Notes: generated by a model from the letters alone, not told the origin. 32,000 nucleotides of DNA from Promethearchaeum syntrophicum (GCF_008000775.2 NZ_CP042905.2:2550001-2582000); one strand, 5' to 3'; positions 18,952 through 28,361 are shown, counted from the first letter of the stretch. Numbers and translations: made by a program.

Positions 18952-20034
18952 ATGAAAAAAAAATCTGTGGAGACCAAATCAAAGAAAGTTAAAAGGGCAA
19001 TTAAATTACTCAATATTGAAGCAGAAAATCCCAGTGATAAGCGATTCTTAAAAAAAACTCTCAATACGCCTGGGATTCTAAAAGCTTCTGAGAGATCTCC
19101 TTTGTATGGGTTTAAAAAAATAAGAAATCTACTCCGAGATAGCTTTATGGATCGTATGAAGTATGATACTTTATATAAATATATGACTGAAAAAAAAACC
19201 TTCAAAGACCGCTTAATTTTTATCCGTACTATTAGACAAGGGTTCGGTGCAACCAGGAGAATGCTCTTTTCTCAATACCGTAAATTATCAGAAAATATTC
19301 AAGTCTCCAAAGAAGCTTATACTCACATTAATGGAGTTGAACTATGGAAGGAATTAAATATTTACGCGCAAGAAAAATGGGGAATAAAGAAAATTGGGTT
19401 TACTGAAATTCCACGGGATATTATAATCAAAGGAAACCACATTCTCTATAAATATGCACTAGTTTTTATAATGGAGATGAGAAAAAAACAGATAGATGAT
19501 GCTCCCCATGCCCTAGCAGGATTTGAAACCATAAGAATTTATAATAAACTGGGAAAAGCAGTCTTAGATATTGGATCTTGGTTAAGGAAAAAAGATATAA
19601 GATGTCAACCAAATCATCCTTTAGGGGGATTAGTGTCATATGTGCCTCTTGCGGGAAAAGCAGGATTGGGATGGCAAGGAATGAATGGGTTGTTAATAAC
19701 TCCCGAATTTGGACAACGTCAACGGATAGCCCCTATTTATGTTGAACACCCAATATTTTCATTTACAGATACAAATGCAGAAAATTTCTCTTGGATTGAG
19801 AGGTATTGTGACAATTGTAAGAAATGTATGGAAGAATGCCCTGGAGACGCGATCCAAGAAAGGAAGAAAATATATAATAATGAGATTGAAACGATAGGCA
19901 GGTTAGCTCTTTGTATTGATCCTGTAAAATGTTTTCCTTATTTTAGAAAATTTGAAGGATGTAGTATATGCGTTAAGGTATGCCCTTTTTCAAAAGCTAA
20001 TGGAATTTATCAGATTTTAGAAAAAAAAACATGA
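18952..20034 (+). CDS. Double [4Fe-4S] iron-sulfur protein, reductive dehalogenase (RdhA)/QueG-like C-terminal module
   Basis: HPLGGLVSYVPLAGKAGLGWQGMNGLLITPEFGQRQRIAPIYVEHPIF; clusters CDNCKKCMEECPGDAI and GCSICVKVCPFSK with upstream CIDPVKCFPYF. Confidence 0.8.
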   Translation: MKKKSVETKSKKVKRAIKLLNIEAENPSDKRFLKKTLNTPGILKASERSPLYGFKKIRNLLRDSFMDRMKYDTLYKYMTEKKTFKDRLIFIRTIRQGFGATRRMLFSQYRKLSENIQVSKEAYTHINGVELWKELNIYAQEKWGIKKIGFTEIPRDIIIKGNHILYKYALVFIMEMRKKQIDDAPHALAGFETIRIYNKLGKAVLDIGSWLRKKDIRCQPNHPLGGLVSYVPLAGKAGLGWQGMNGLLITPEFGQRQRIAPIYVEHPIFSFTDTNAENFSWIERYCDNCKKCMEECPGDAIQERKKIYNNEIETIGRLALCIDPVKCFPYFRKFEGCSICVKVCPFSKANGIYQILEKKT

Positions 20035-20054
20035 GATGACAAGTTAATCTAGGT
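20030..20054 (+). repeat. Left terminal inverted repeat (including flanking CATG)
   Basis: CATGAGATGACAAGTTAATCTAGGT. Confidence 0.88.
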
Positions 20055-21834
20055 GACATTCTTGTCGTCCCTCTTTTTCCAAAGATTCAAAACTAGCCAT
20101 TCATTATATTATATTGTGTACTCCACAGCATCTTCACCCGACTATAGAACCCATTACTTATGTTGGCCCGAGTCCATCTCCCGAGCTTGTCCTATTTGTA
20201 AATCACCCATTGAATTTGCATTTGCGGATAACGGGAAAAAAGTTCATACTCTTGAAGGAATTATACATCAAGTCGTAAATTATTACAAATGCTCTAAAGC
20301 AACGTGCCCTAATTCTTCTTCATACTTCAATCCAATCAGTAGATTCGATTTTGGAAAATCATATTACGGAAAAGATGTCCTGCAATTCATTGCCGATGAG
20401 GTACTCCTCCTCGATCAGACACCTCAACAAATACACAAACGATTAAAAATCAAATATCAACTTAAGGTCAGTTTACGGACAGTTCAGCGGATTTACCGTG
20501 ATATTCTCTTAATAAAGTCAAATTCCATTGATGAAACAACGCGCAACATAATTTCCAAATCAAAAAAAATTCTTCTGGCTATTGATGGGCAAGATCCAGA
20601 TAAAGGACATGACTCCCTATGGCTTTTCACCGACCTCCTCACAAATCGTGTACTTAGGACAGTACTTGTGAAGACTATGCCACATATGAGAATTCACCAA
20701 GAAATTGAAGAGATCAAACAGGACTATGGTGTTCCAATAGTTGGGGTTGTCAGCGACAAGCAAAATAACCTAGTAAAATGTATGCGGGACAAATATCCGG
20801 ACATTCCTCACCAGTTCTGTACTTTTCACTTTTGCCAGCAAATGTGGAAACACCTGGAGATTTTCGATGGAAATCTTTATGGAAAATTGAAAAAAACGCT
20901 CATCAGAGCAGATATTCATATAAGAAACAACTCAAAACCGATAAATTTTGAAGGAAAGGGATTCCTCCCGGTACGGGAAGTTTTTCGTGGGATTGACAGT
21001 GATATTGAACATTTAACTCAAATTAAGTCAACAAAATTCCAATTTCTCCGCGGTTTATGGCTTTTCCGCAATCTGACACGATATACTGTCAAAATGGAGG
21101 TTTATACAACAATCATGGACAAGCAACTCCGCATTGAGAAAATCTTCTGTAAATTTCACGCCAAATTAAAAAAAGTATTGAAAGACACCAGATCACAATT
21201 TTTTGAAACCCTGTTCCTCTATGATTCTTTTAAGTTAATTTACCAACGTCTTTACAGTGAATTGTCTACCCATGCTGACAAGCAGCAAGAGCTTGACAAT
21301 ATTTTTGGTCGACTTTGGGGCTATGTCAGAACTTTAAACCCCGATTTAGAGATGGAAGGATTGAAAATGATTCCCCTGCAATCATCCCATTCTCTCGAAT
21401 CCATCTTGGGTGAATGGGTTAGGTTATGGAATTCGTACTTACCAGGATTATTTTCATATTATGGATTCCCTCGGGATATTCGCACGAATATCCTCCAAGA
21501 ACAAGCCTTTAGTCAACAGAAAGCGAAGTTAGTAAATCGTCTGAAGCGGAAAGATGTTAGCTATTTTATCAAAACACGCGGAGACCTTTATCTTAGGCTT
21601 ATACATTCTTCAGAATCGGAAAAATCTGCTTCTATCGTCAACGAATACTCGGATCACCTGATTCAATCACTACGGAAGGAGTTTCAAAAACGAATTTCTG
21701 AAGAAACATCACATTGGTTAGCAAAAGATAAAGAATTTGCTGGATATGAAGAAGTCCTTCAAGAATACCATCCAAATTGGCGTAAACTCTTACTAAAAAA
21801 GAAGTTACGAGGGACTTAGATTAACTTGTCACCT
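20034..21834 (+). mobile_element. Complete insertion sequence, about 1801 bp, one transposase gene flanked by imperfect terminal inverted repeats and putative 4-bp CATG target duplication
   Basis: Left CATGAGATGACAAGTTAATCTAGGT (20030-20054) against the reverse complement of the right end CATGAGGTGACAAGTTAATCTAAGT (21814-21838), 2 mismatches in 25; CATG at both outer ends (20030-20033, 21835-21838). Confidence 0.88.
20053..21819 (+). CDS. Transposase, DDE/MULE-like with N-terminal zinc-binding and HTH regions
   Basis: CPICKSPIEF...YYKCSKATCPNSSSYFNP; HTH-like TPQQIHKRLKIKYQLKVSLRTVQRIYRDI; LLAIDGQDPDKGHDSLWLFTDL, VGVVSDKQNNLVKCMRDKYPDIPHQFCTFHFCQQMWKHLE; GTG start lies within the left repeat, so the true start may be further in. 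Confidence 0.87.
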   Translation: MTFLSSLFFQRFKTSHSLYYIVYSTASSPDYRTHYLCWPESISRACPICKSPIEFAFADNGKKVHTLEGIIHQVVNYYKCSKATCPNSSSYFNPISRFDFGKSYYGKDVLQFIADEVLLLDQTPQQIHKRLKIKYQLKVSLRTVQRIYRDILLIKSNSIDETTRNIISKSKKILLAIDGQDPDKGHDSLWLFTDLLTNRVLRTVLVKTMPHMRIHQEIEEIKQDYGVPIVGVVSDKQNNLVKCMRDKYPDIPHQFCTFHFCQQMWKHLEIFDGNLYGKLKKTLIRADIHIRNNSKPINFEGKGFLPVREVFRGIDSDIEHLTQIKSTKFQFLRGLWLFRNLTRYTVKMEVYTTIMDKQLRIEKIFCKFHAKLKKVLKDTRSQFFETLFLYDSFKLIYQRLYSELSTHADKQQELDNIFGRLWGYVRTLNPDLEMEGLKMIPLQSSHSLESILGEWVRLWNSYLPGLFSYYGFPRDIRTNILQEQAFSQQKAKLVNRLKRKDVSYFIKTRGDLYLRLIHSSESEKSASIVNEYSDHLIQSLRKEFQKRISEETSHWLAKDKEFAGYEEVLQEYHPNWRKLLLKKKLRGT

Positions 21835-21838
21835 CATG
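21814..21838 (-). repeat. Right terminal inverted repeat (including flanking CATG)
   Basis: ACTTAGATTAACTTGTCACCTCATG, inverse of the left repeat with 2 mismatches. Confidence 0.88.
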
Positions 21839-21891
21839 AAAAAAATGAAAATTTAAATTTAAAAATATTAAATTAGAAAAAATTAGGAAAA

Positions 21892-22839
21892 TTAGGAGAT
21901 TTTCTTTATTATCTCTAAGGCTGCAACAGCTCCATCGCTAGTAGCAGTGACAATCTGCCAGTATAATTTCTCACGTATATCTCCAGCAGCATAAACACCT
22001 TTTACGCTTGTTTCCATGTGTTCATTAGTAATCAGATATCCATATTCATTCTGATTGAATTCTACTGGTCTATTCAATAAAAATTTACTGTTCGGGACCA
22101 TACCAACAAAAATAAATACTCCATCTCGTTCCATTGAAATGGTCTCTTTAGTTTTAAGATTTTCAATTTCAACGATAATACTTTCACCAGTGTTTTTAAA
22201 ACTGCGTGGTTCATGCGACCAGAGAACTTTTACTTTTGGGTTACTTAATACTTTATCTGCGGTGATTTTTTCGGCTTGTAATACATCAAATTGATGAATT
22301 ATTGTAAGGGACTTCACATATCTTAAGAGAAGTAGTGATTCTTCTATTGCACTATTTCCGCCCCCAATTACAAAAATATCCATATCCTTGTAAAATTCCC
22401 CATCACACGTTGCACAATAGCTGATTCCATTTCCTTTATTTTCTACTTCTCCCCTTAAATTTAGTAATCTTGGCGAAGCTCCGGTAGCAATCAATATGTA
22501 ATTTGACGAAAAACGCTCGTCCTCATCTAATTCAACCCATTTGATCTCTTTACTAAAAGAAAAATCAGTAATTTCAACCGCTAATTCAAATTTGGTTCCA
22601 AAACGTTCAGCTTGCTTTTTCATTTTTGTGGCTAGTTCATAACCCGTTATTGGTTCATCAAAACCTGGATAATTTGCAACACTATGGGTCGTAGCAACCT
22701 GTCCACCATGAGTTGATTGATCAATTACTAATGTAGAAAGACCTGCTCGTGCACTGTAAATTGCCGCAGTTAAACCTGCTGGACCTGCTCCAATAATAAT
22801 TAAATCGAATTTTTTCATTGTAGTTTCCAAAATTCTCAC
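21892..22839 (-). CDS. trxB: Thioredoxin reductase-like FAD/NAD(P)-dependent oxidoreductase
   Basis: DLIIIGAGPAGLTAAIYSARAGLSTLVID, redox motif SYCATCDGEFY, FVIGGGNSAIEESL, GVYAAGDIREKLYWQIVTATSDGAVAA. Confidence 0.95.
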   Translation of the reverse strand: MRILETTMKKFDLIIIGAGPAGLTAAIYSARAGLSTLVIDQSTHGGQVATTHSVANYPGFDEPITGYELATKMKKQAERFGTKFELAVEITDFSFSKEIKWVELDEDERFSSNYILIATGASPRLLNLRGEVENKGNGISYCATCDGEFYKDMDIFVIGGGNSAIEESLLLLRYVKSLTIIHQFDVLQAEKITADKVLSNPKVKVLWSHEPRSFKNTGESIIVEIENLKTKETISMERDGVFIFVGMVPNSKFLLNRPVEFNQNEYGYLITNEHMETSVKGVYAAGDIREKLYWQIVTATSDGAVAALEIIKKIS

Positions 22840-22890
22840 TGCCTAAATTATTTTATAAATATTAAAATAAAAAAAATATTTCCTTAGCTC

Positions 22891-23235
22891 TTATGCAAAA
22901 ACTTCTTGAATAATTGCTTTTACATCCTTTGCTGACTGAATTGAGGAAGTTGCCTTCACAACTTTTCCATTACGATAGTATATCGTGAACGGTAATCCTC
23001 TAAATTGTCGGGCTTCAGGTAAATTTCGTATAACATCAGCGTCTCGAATATCAAATAGCATATCTCGAAAAGCTATATCTGAATGTTTGTCCTTTAAAGC
23101 ATCCATAATTCCATAAACGGGTACGCACATCGGGCCCATACGGCCGCAAACGACTACTGCTTTCTCATGATTAGCGAGTAATTCTTGATGTTCTTCTTTT
23201 GATTTAATGTGTTCAAGGGGTGTATCTAAGTGCAT
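22891..23235 (-). CDS. Thioredoxin-like fold protein with displaced cysteines (CGRMGPMC)
   Basis: ATG at 23235 (MHLDTPLEHIKSKEEHQ...); VVVCGRMGPMCVPVYGIMDAL, cis-Pro-like LPFTIYYRNGKVVKA; adjacent to trxB on the same strand. Confidence 0.75.
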   Translation of the reverse strand: MHLDTPLEHIKSKEEHQELLANHEKAVVVCGRMGPMCVPVYGIMDALKDKHSDIAFRDMLFDIRDADVIRNLPEARQFRGLPFTIYYRNGKVVKATSSIQSAKDVKAIIQEVFA

Positions 23236-23570
23236 TTTTATATACCTTCTAAAAGTGATTGCGCTTTTTTTTTGCACAACCTTAGAATATTAAAGTTAAG
23301 GATATTATTTAAAGGTTGTGCATTTCAACACATACAAGTATAAGATTTTTAAATGTTTTTATAAACTATTTTGGTTATATTCGCCAAAAATTCGCATTTT
23401 TATAAATTATATGATAATTTTTCTACATTTTCGTTATTTTTCTTGCTCGAATCTAAAAAAAATTGCAATTTTTCTAAAGTTTTATAAAAAATAACGTTGA
23501 ACTATATGTATAAATCATACTCTACATATTGATACTTAGACTACATATAATGATTTAGAAGGTAAACTTA

Positions 23571-24974
23571 GTGGCACAAGCGAAAACAACTCCTAAAAAC
23601 TCACAACTGACTGCAAAGAGTTCAATGAAGCCAACGGATACTTTTCCTGAATTTAATTTCGTTTTCAGTTTTTCTCATTTTATCCAAAAATATAAAATCA
23701 ACCGATACTTCAAATATGTTCCCTTTCGAATTTTCCGAGCATTATCAGCAATCATTGGTTTCCAACAAGCGGAGAAAGGACACAGCACTGTATTAAAAAC
23801 TTGGAAATTTTTATTTCCAAAAAAAATCTTAGATAAAGTAAATTTAAAGCGCTGGACAAATTCCTACATCCAGTACAACATTGAACTTTGGTTTGATACT
23901 ACATTCTACCTTACTTGTCGAAATAGAGAAAATGCTGATTTTTTTAATCCAATTGAGGGTTTTAATCACCTCGAAAAAGCTTTACGACAAAAAAAGGGAG
24001 TTTTAGTTCCCACCATCCATTTCGGCGAATTTTTACACACTTTGTATTCATTATTTCACAGAAGAATTATTATCGATGAGGAACCTCAAAAAATCTTAGT
24101 TATCGGATTAGCATCGAAGGAAAATGAATATCTACTCAGAGAATCGTATAAAAGTCTTGATAATTTTGAAGTTCTCATTACAAATGAAATTGGCAAATTA
24201 AAAGAAACTTTGAAAGAATATCTAAGAAAAAATTACGTAGTATTTTTACTCCATGATTATTTTTCCAAAACTCAATTACGCACACCGTTCATTTATAATT
24301 CTCATAATTATAACTTTTCAATTCCAACCCCTCAGATGATATCGCATTTACATCTAAATACCGGTGCGCCTATAGTTCCTGTTGTGGCTCTACCAAGGCA
24401 TAACTTGAAACATTCGTTAGTAAAATTTCTACCTGAAGTTAACCCAATGACTATGAAAATCGCTTCAGAATCAAACACACTACAAAAAGAAATTCTCAAT
24501 TTTCGACGAGGAAATTTAACTAAGAAACAAAAATATGGCCTGATTTCCCTTTTAATCAATCGAGAACTTTACCCGAATTTATTAGAATATCCATTTCTAT
24601 GGCAAGGCGCTTTCTTATTTTTTGAAAGAACTCAATTTAAAATTCATTTGAATGATATTCAGTCTTACAGCCAATTATTAAAAGAAATTTTATCAAAATT
24701 GGATCTTTTGATTCGGGCAACTTATGAGCCAGGACGGGATGATGACAAGATCTTGAAGTTGATTGAAGAGATTGGTTCTGATTTGGAAAGCATTAGACAA
24801 GATTCAGATGATGAGTTACAAATTAATCATAAGTATATAGAATTAGGGCGTTTAAGTGGAAAAAAAGCAATTTTTAAAATAATTTCAATATTAGAACCTT
24901 TTCAAAATTCATTAATCAAGATTAAATACAAGGTAATTAACGAAAAACTTGAATTACTGAAATGTTTTTTTTAA
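23571..24974 (+). CDS. LPLAT-superfamily (LpxL/HtrB-like) putative acyltransferase, copy 1
   Basis: KKGVLVPTIHFGEFLHTL, LKEYLRKNYVVFLLHDYFSKTQLRTPFI, LNTGAPIVPVVALPRHNLKHSLVKFLPEV, LYPNLLEYPFLWQGAFLFFERTQF; order and spacing match LpxL; GTG start, true start uncertain. Confidence 0.65.
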   Translation: MAQAKTTPKNSQLTAKSSMKPTDTFPEFNFVFSFSHFIQKYKINRYFKYVPFRIFRALSAIIGFQQAEKGHSTVLKTWKFLFPKKILDKVNLKRWTNSYIQYNIELWFDTTFYLTCRNRENADFFNPIEGFNHLEKALRQKKGVLVPTIHFGEFLHTLYSLFHRRIIIDEEPQKILVIGLASKENEYLLRESYKSLDNFEVLITNEIGKLKETLKEYLRKNYVVFLLHDYFSKTQLRTPFIYNSHNYNFSIPTPQMISHLHLNTGAPIVPVVALPRHNLKHSLVKFLPEVNPMTMKIASESNTLQKEILNFRRGNLTKKQKYGLISLLINRELYPNLLEYPFLWQGAFLFFERTQFKIHLNDIQSYSQLLKEILSKLDLLIRATYEPGRDDDKILKLIEEIGSDLESIRQDSDDELQINHKYIELGRLSGKKAIFKIISILEPFQNSLIKIKYKVINEKLELLKCFF

Positions 24975-25130
24975 GTTAGTAGATCTTGATTAAGTATATT
25001 CTCATTTCTACATTTTTTATAATTGTAAAAACCTTTTTATTCAACAAAATTTTTCTTGATCATAGAAGAATTCTAGTTTTCTTTCCACTCATAAAAATAT
25101 AGTAATTCTAATATCACGGTCGTTTTTGGA

Positions 25131-26507
25131 ATGCCAGCCACAGAAAGTTTATCAAAAGATAGTTCTATGAGACCTACGCAGACCTTTCCTGAATATAATT
25201 TAATCTTCCGTCTATCACATTTTATTCAGAAGTACAAGATTAACAGATTTTTTGAAAAAGTTCCATTTTTAGGGTTTAAAATGATATCGATTGTGGTCGG
25301 GATTGAACATTCAATCAACGGACATAAACAACTCTCCAAAACCTGGAATTTTTTCTACCCAAAAAGACGGGATTTATATAAACATTGGACAAATTTATTC
25401 ATCCGGTTAAATATTGAACTATGGCTTGATTCTACGTTCTATTTACCTCTTAGAAATCCAACAAATACGGAGTTCTTCAATCCAATAGAAGGATTTTCCC
25501 ATTTGGAAAAAGCAATTAAGAAAAAAAAGGGAGTATTAGTACCCACAATACATCTTGGAGAGTTCTATCATACACTGTTTTCTCTGTTTTATAAAAAAAT
25601 TGAAATTGATGGAAAGAAGCAGAAAATATTACTTGCAATTCTTTCGAGTAAAGAAAATGATTTTCTTTTCAGGGAACAGCTTAAACCAATTAAAAATCTG
25701 GATGTAATACTCACCGATGATTTCACAAGACTAAAAAATACTATTGAAATTCATTTGAAAAGAAACTATACTGTTTTTCTACTTTACGATTATTATTCAG
25801 ACAATCAATTAAGAGTGCCTTTTATTTACAATTCAAATTCATCTGATTTTTTAATTCCTTGCCCTCAAATGATCAATCATTTTCATACAAAATTAGGTAC
25901 TCCTATTGTCCCCGTAATTGCTATTCCTACCAATGAATTAAAACATTCCATTGTCAGATTTCTACCAGAAATTTCAATAGAAAATATGAACCTATCCAAT
26001 GAAACTCAAGTTCTTAAGGAAGATATCATCAATTTTCAAAATGGGTCACTGAATAAGAAACAACAATATGGTTTGCTTTCATTATTATTAAATCGCCAAT
26101 TGTATCCATATGTTTTGAAATACCCTTTTTTATGGCAAAGTTCTTTTTTATTTTTTAAGAGGACTCAATTCCGAATCCAATTAAAAAATATATTTTCATA
26201 TAGAGAATTACTCCAAGTAGTATTAACCAAATTAGAACTTTTCATAAATAAAACATATGAACCTGGGAGGAAAGATGAATTAATTCTTTTAGAACTTCAA
26301 AAAATTTCCAATGATTTGGAAAAGAGGAAGAATGATTCTAAAGATAAACTGCAAATTACTAATAAATATATTGAATTAGGTAGATTAAATGGAAAAGCGA
26401 CCTTCACGAAGGTTATTTCTATTCTAAAAAATTTACAACCAGTAAATACCAATCAAGATTATGATCAAATCTTAGAAAAACTCAATTTGATTTTAAATCA
26501 TTTTTAA
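25131..26507 (+). CDS. LPLAT-superfamily (LpxL/HtrB-like) putative acyltransferase, copy 2 (tandem paralog)
   Basis: Collinear with the 23571 ORF (SMRPTQTFPEYNLIFRLSHFIQKYKINRFF / SMKPTDTFPEFNFVFSFSHFIQKYKINRYF; KKGVLVPTIHLGEFYHTLFSLF / KKGVLVPTIHFGEFLHTLYSLF). Confidence 0.65.
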   Translation: MPATESLSKDSSMRPTQTFPEYNLIFRLSHFIQKYKINRFFEKVPFLGFKMISIVVGIEHSINGHKQLSKTWNFFYPKRRDLYKHWTNLFIRLNIELWLDSTFYLPLRNPTNTEFFNPIEGFSHLEKAIKKKKGVLVPTIHLGEFYHTLFSLFYKKIEIDGKKQKILLAILSSKENDFLFREQLKPIKNLDVILTDDFTRLKNTIEIHLKRNYTVFLLYDYYSDNQLRVPFIYNSNSSDFLIPCPQMINHFHTKLGTPIVPVIAIPTNELKHSIVRFLPEISIENMNLSNETQVLKEDIINFQNGSLNKKQQYGLLSLLLNRQLYPYVLKYPFLWQSSFLFFKRTQFRIQLKNIFSYRELLQVVLTKLELFINKTYEPGRKDELILLELQKISNDLEKRKNDSKDKLQITNKYIELGRLNGKATFTKVISILKNLQPVNTNQDYDQILEKLNLILNHF

Positions 26508-26674
26508 CCAATTATATTCTAACCATTTTTCGATCTTTAATTATCTAAATTTACCATTTTTCGCCCAATTTATCCTAAGTTATTGCTTTTATAATCATTC
26601 TTTATTGTAATATTTTTTACATTACTATCAAAAATTTTATTTATTGTAAAACTATTCTTTATACAGTGAATTTA

Positions 26675-27382
26675 ATGAATAAAGAACCTGAATTAGAACA
26701 AGATGAAAAACTAAAAAAAAAGGTTAATAAAATTTCATTTATTTCGATTTCTGGAATCGTTCAATTTCTAATTCTTTCACTTATTGCCATGCTTTTTTAT
26801 CCAAGAGGGACTCGTGAAGATGAATTATTTGAAGAGTATTCATTTTCTTTTAATAAATTTAGTGATTTAGGTATGTGGGAAACATTTTCGGGTGAATCTA
26901 ATTTAATTTCATTCTTAATTTTTAATATAGGCTTAATTATTCTCGGTTTATCATTAATTCCATATGTGGTTTTTTCAGCCAACTATTTCAGAAGCCAAAA
27001 AATGCCTCGACATTGGGTTTACGTTGGTGAAATTACAGGAATTATCGCTAGCTTAGCATTTGTTGGAGTTGGTTTAACCCCACGTGATTTATTACAGGAC
27101 CTTCATAAAATTGCCGAATATTCCGCATTTCTGACTATATTTATTATGAGTCTAATGTATATGCTTTTCATTTACAAAGTTTCGTATTATCATAATAAAT
27201 ACGCAATCATATATGCCCTATGTGTAGTTTGTCAATTTTTATATTTATTTATTGTTCTTGATATCATTCCAGTTACCCTTGAAATTGATTGCATTTCTCA
27301 AAAACTAATCGTATATCTTCAATTAATTGTGTTTTTAATTCAATCTATTGGAATTTTACACTTGGATAAGGACTTAAATTAA
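26675..27382 (+). CDS. DUF998-like 6-TM membrane protein
   Basis: FNKFSDLGMWETFSGESNLISFLIFNIGLIILGLSLIPYV and further TM segments; ATG at 26675 (track start is a GTG at 26666). Confidence 0.6.
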   Translation: MNKEPELEQDEKLKKKVNKISFISISGIVQFLILSLIAMLFYPRGTREDELFEEYSFSFNKFSDLGMWETFSGESNLISFLIFNIGLIILGLSLIPYVVFSANYFRSQKMPRHWVYVGEITGIIASLAFVGVGLTPRDLLQDLHKIAEYSAFLTIFIMSLMYMLFIYKVSYYHNKYAIIYALCVVCQFLYLFIVLDIIPVTLEIDCISQKLIVYLQLIVFLIQSIGILHLDKDLN

Positions 27383-27470
27383 GATTTCTAGATGCTACAA
27401 AATTTTTTTCCTCTCTACTTATTCATTTTTGAATAGCTTTAAATACATGTGTCAACTTTATTTGACTTAG

Positions 27471-28361
27471 ATGTGTCAACAAAACTTGACATTATCAAAA
27501 AAAAATATTATGGAAAATCGAAAAAAAATGGAAAAAAAAGAACATAGTAGGTTCGGTATTGAACCTAGTTATTTAACAAGCCAAATGATTGGAAGTTTTT
27601 TTGCATCAATCTTCGTTGGATTAGGAATTTATGGTGTCGGGTGGCTTATCGTCTTTATTATTCTGGACGATGGTGGAACACCTCCAATAGTTTTATGGCC
27701 AATAATTTGGGGATTAATTTTTGGATTTGCGTTGATATTATTGACAATGACATTCATATTCGAAGGAATGTACTATAGAAATTTTTCATATGAAATTTCA
27801 GAAAAATTCATAACAATTCGCTATGGTCGTTTGACTCGAACAAAGACAACCATTCCCTTTAGTCGGATACAAAATATTGCTATCCACCAAAACATAAGGG
27901 ATAGATGGTTAAATATCTATACTGTAAAAATAGAAACAGCTGGAAGTTCTGCTGCAATGTCTTCTTCACAGAAAGGTGTAGTACGACCCGAAGGGTATAT
28001 TCCTGCTATTAGAGATCCAAAAGAACTTGAAGGTATGATCAATCGGTTGGTTCATCGATACACGCAAGATATTCCTAAAACAGTTCAAGATAAAGTTTTT
28101 ATGGATAGTAATGTTGCATTTGATGAATTTATAGCATATTTTATTGCAAAAATGCGTGAAAAAGATCAATTAAATACAAAAGTTAAGATATTAAGAGAAA
28201 ATACCGGTTGGAGTCAAGAACAATTGGCAGAAAAACTTGGAGTGTCGCGTACTACTGTAGAATATTTAGAAGCAGGGGAATATGTTCCTTCTTTAACTTT
28301 AGCATTGCGAATTTCACATATCTTTAACGTTTCAATTGAAGATATATTTGAGCTTGAATAA
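27471..28361 (+). CDS. Membrane bPH2 (YdbS/YdbT-like bacterial PH) domain fused to C-terminal XRE-family HTH
   Basis: Two TM segments, MYYRNFSYEISEKFITIRYGRLTRTKTTIPFSRIQNIAIHQNIRDRWLNIYTVKIETAGSS, then VKILRENTGWSQEQLAEKLGVSRTTVEYLEAGEYVPSLTLALRISHIFNVSIEDIFELE. Real start probably one of the internal ATGs (MENRKKM or MEKKEHS). Confidence 0.87.
   Translation: MCQQNLTLSKKNIMENRKKMEKKEHSRFGIEPSYLTSQMIGSFFASIFVGLGIYGVGWLIVFIILDDGGTPPIVLWPIIWGLIFGFALILLTMTFIFEGMYYRNFSYEISEKFITIRYGRLTRTKTTIPFSRIQNIAIHQNIRDRWLNIYTVKIETAGSSAAMSSSQKGVVRPEGYIPAIRDPKELEGMINRLVHRYTQDIPKTVQDKVFMDSNVAFDEFIAYFIAKMREKDQLNTKVKILRENTGWSQEQLAEKLGVSRTTVEYLEAGEYVPSLTLALRISHIFNVSIEDIFELE

Noticed and set aside
18942-19205. 87-aa - strand ORF
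   Set aside because: Antisense to the start of the Fe-S protein, whose frame has strong motifs.
23571-26507. Reading the two paralogs as transposases or as one broken gene
   Set aside because: Each is a full-length collinear ORF with its own spacing, no terminal repeats, and block order matching LpxL-like proteins.
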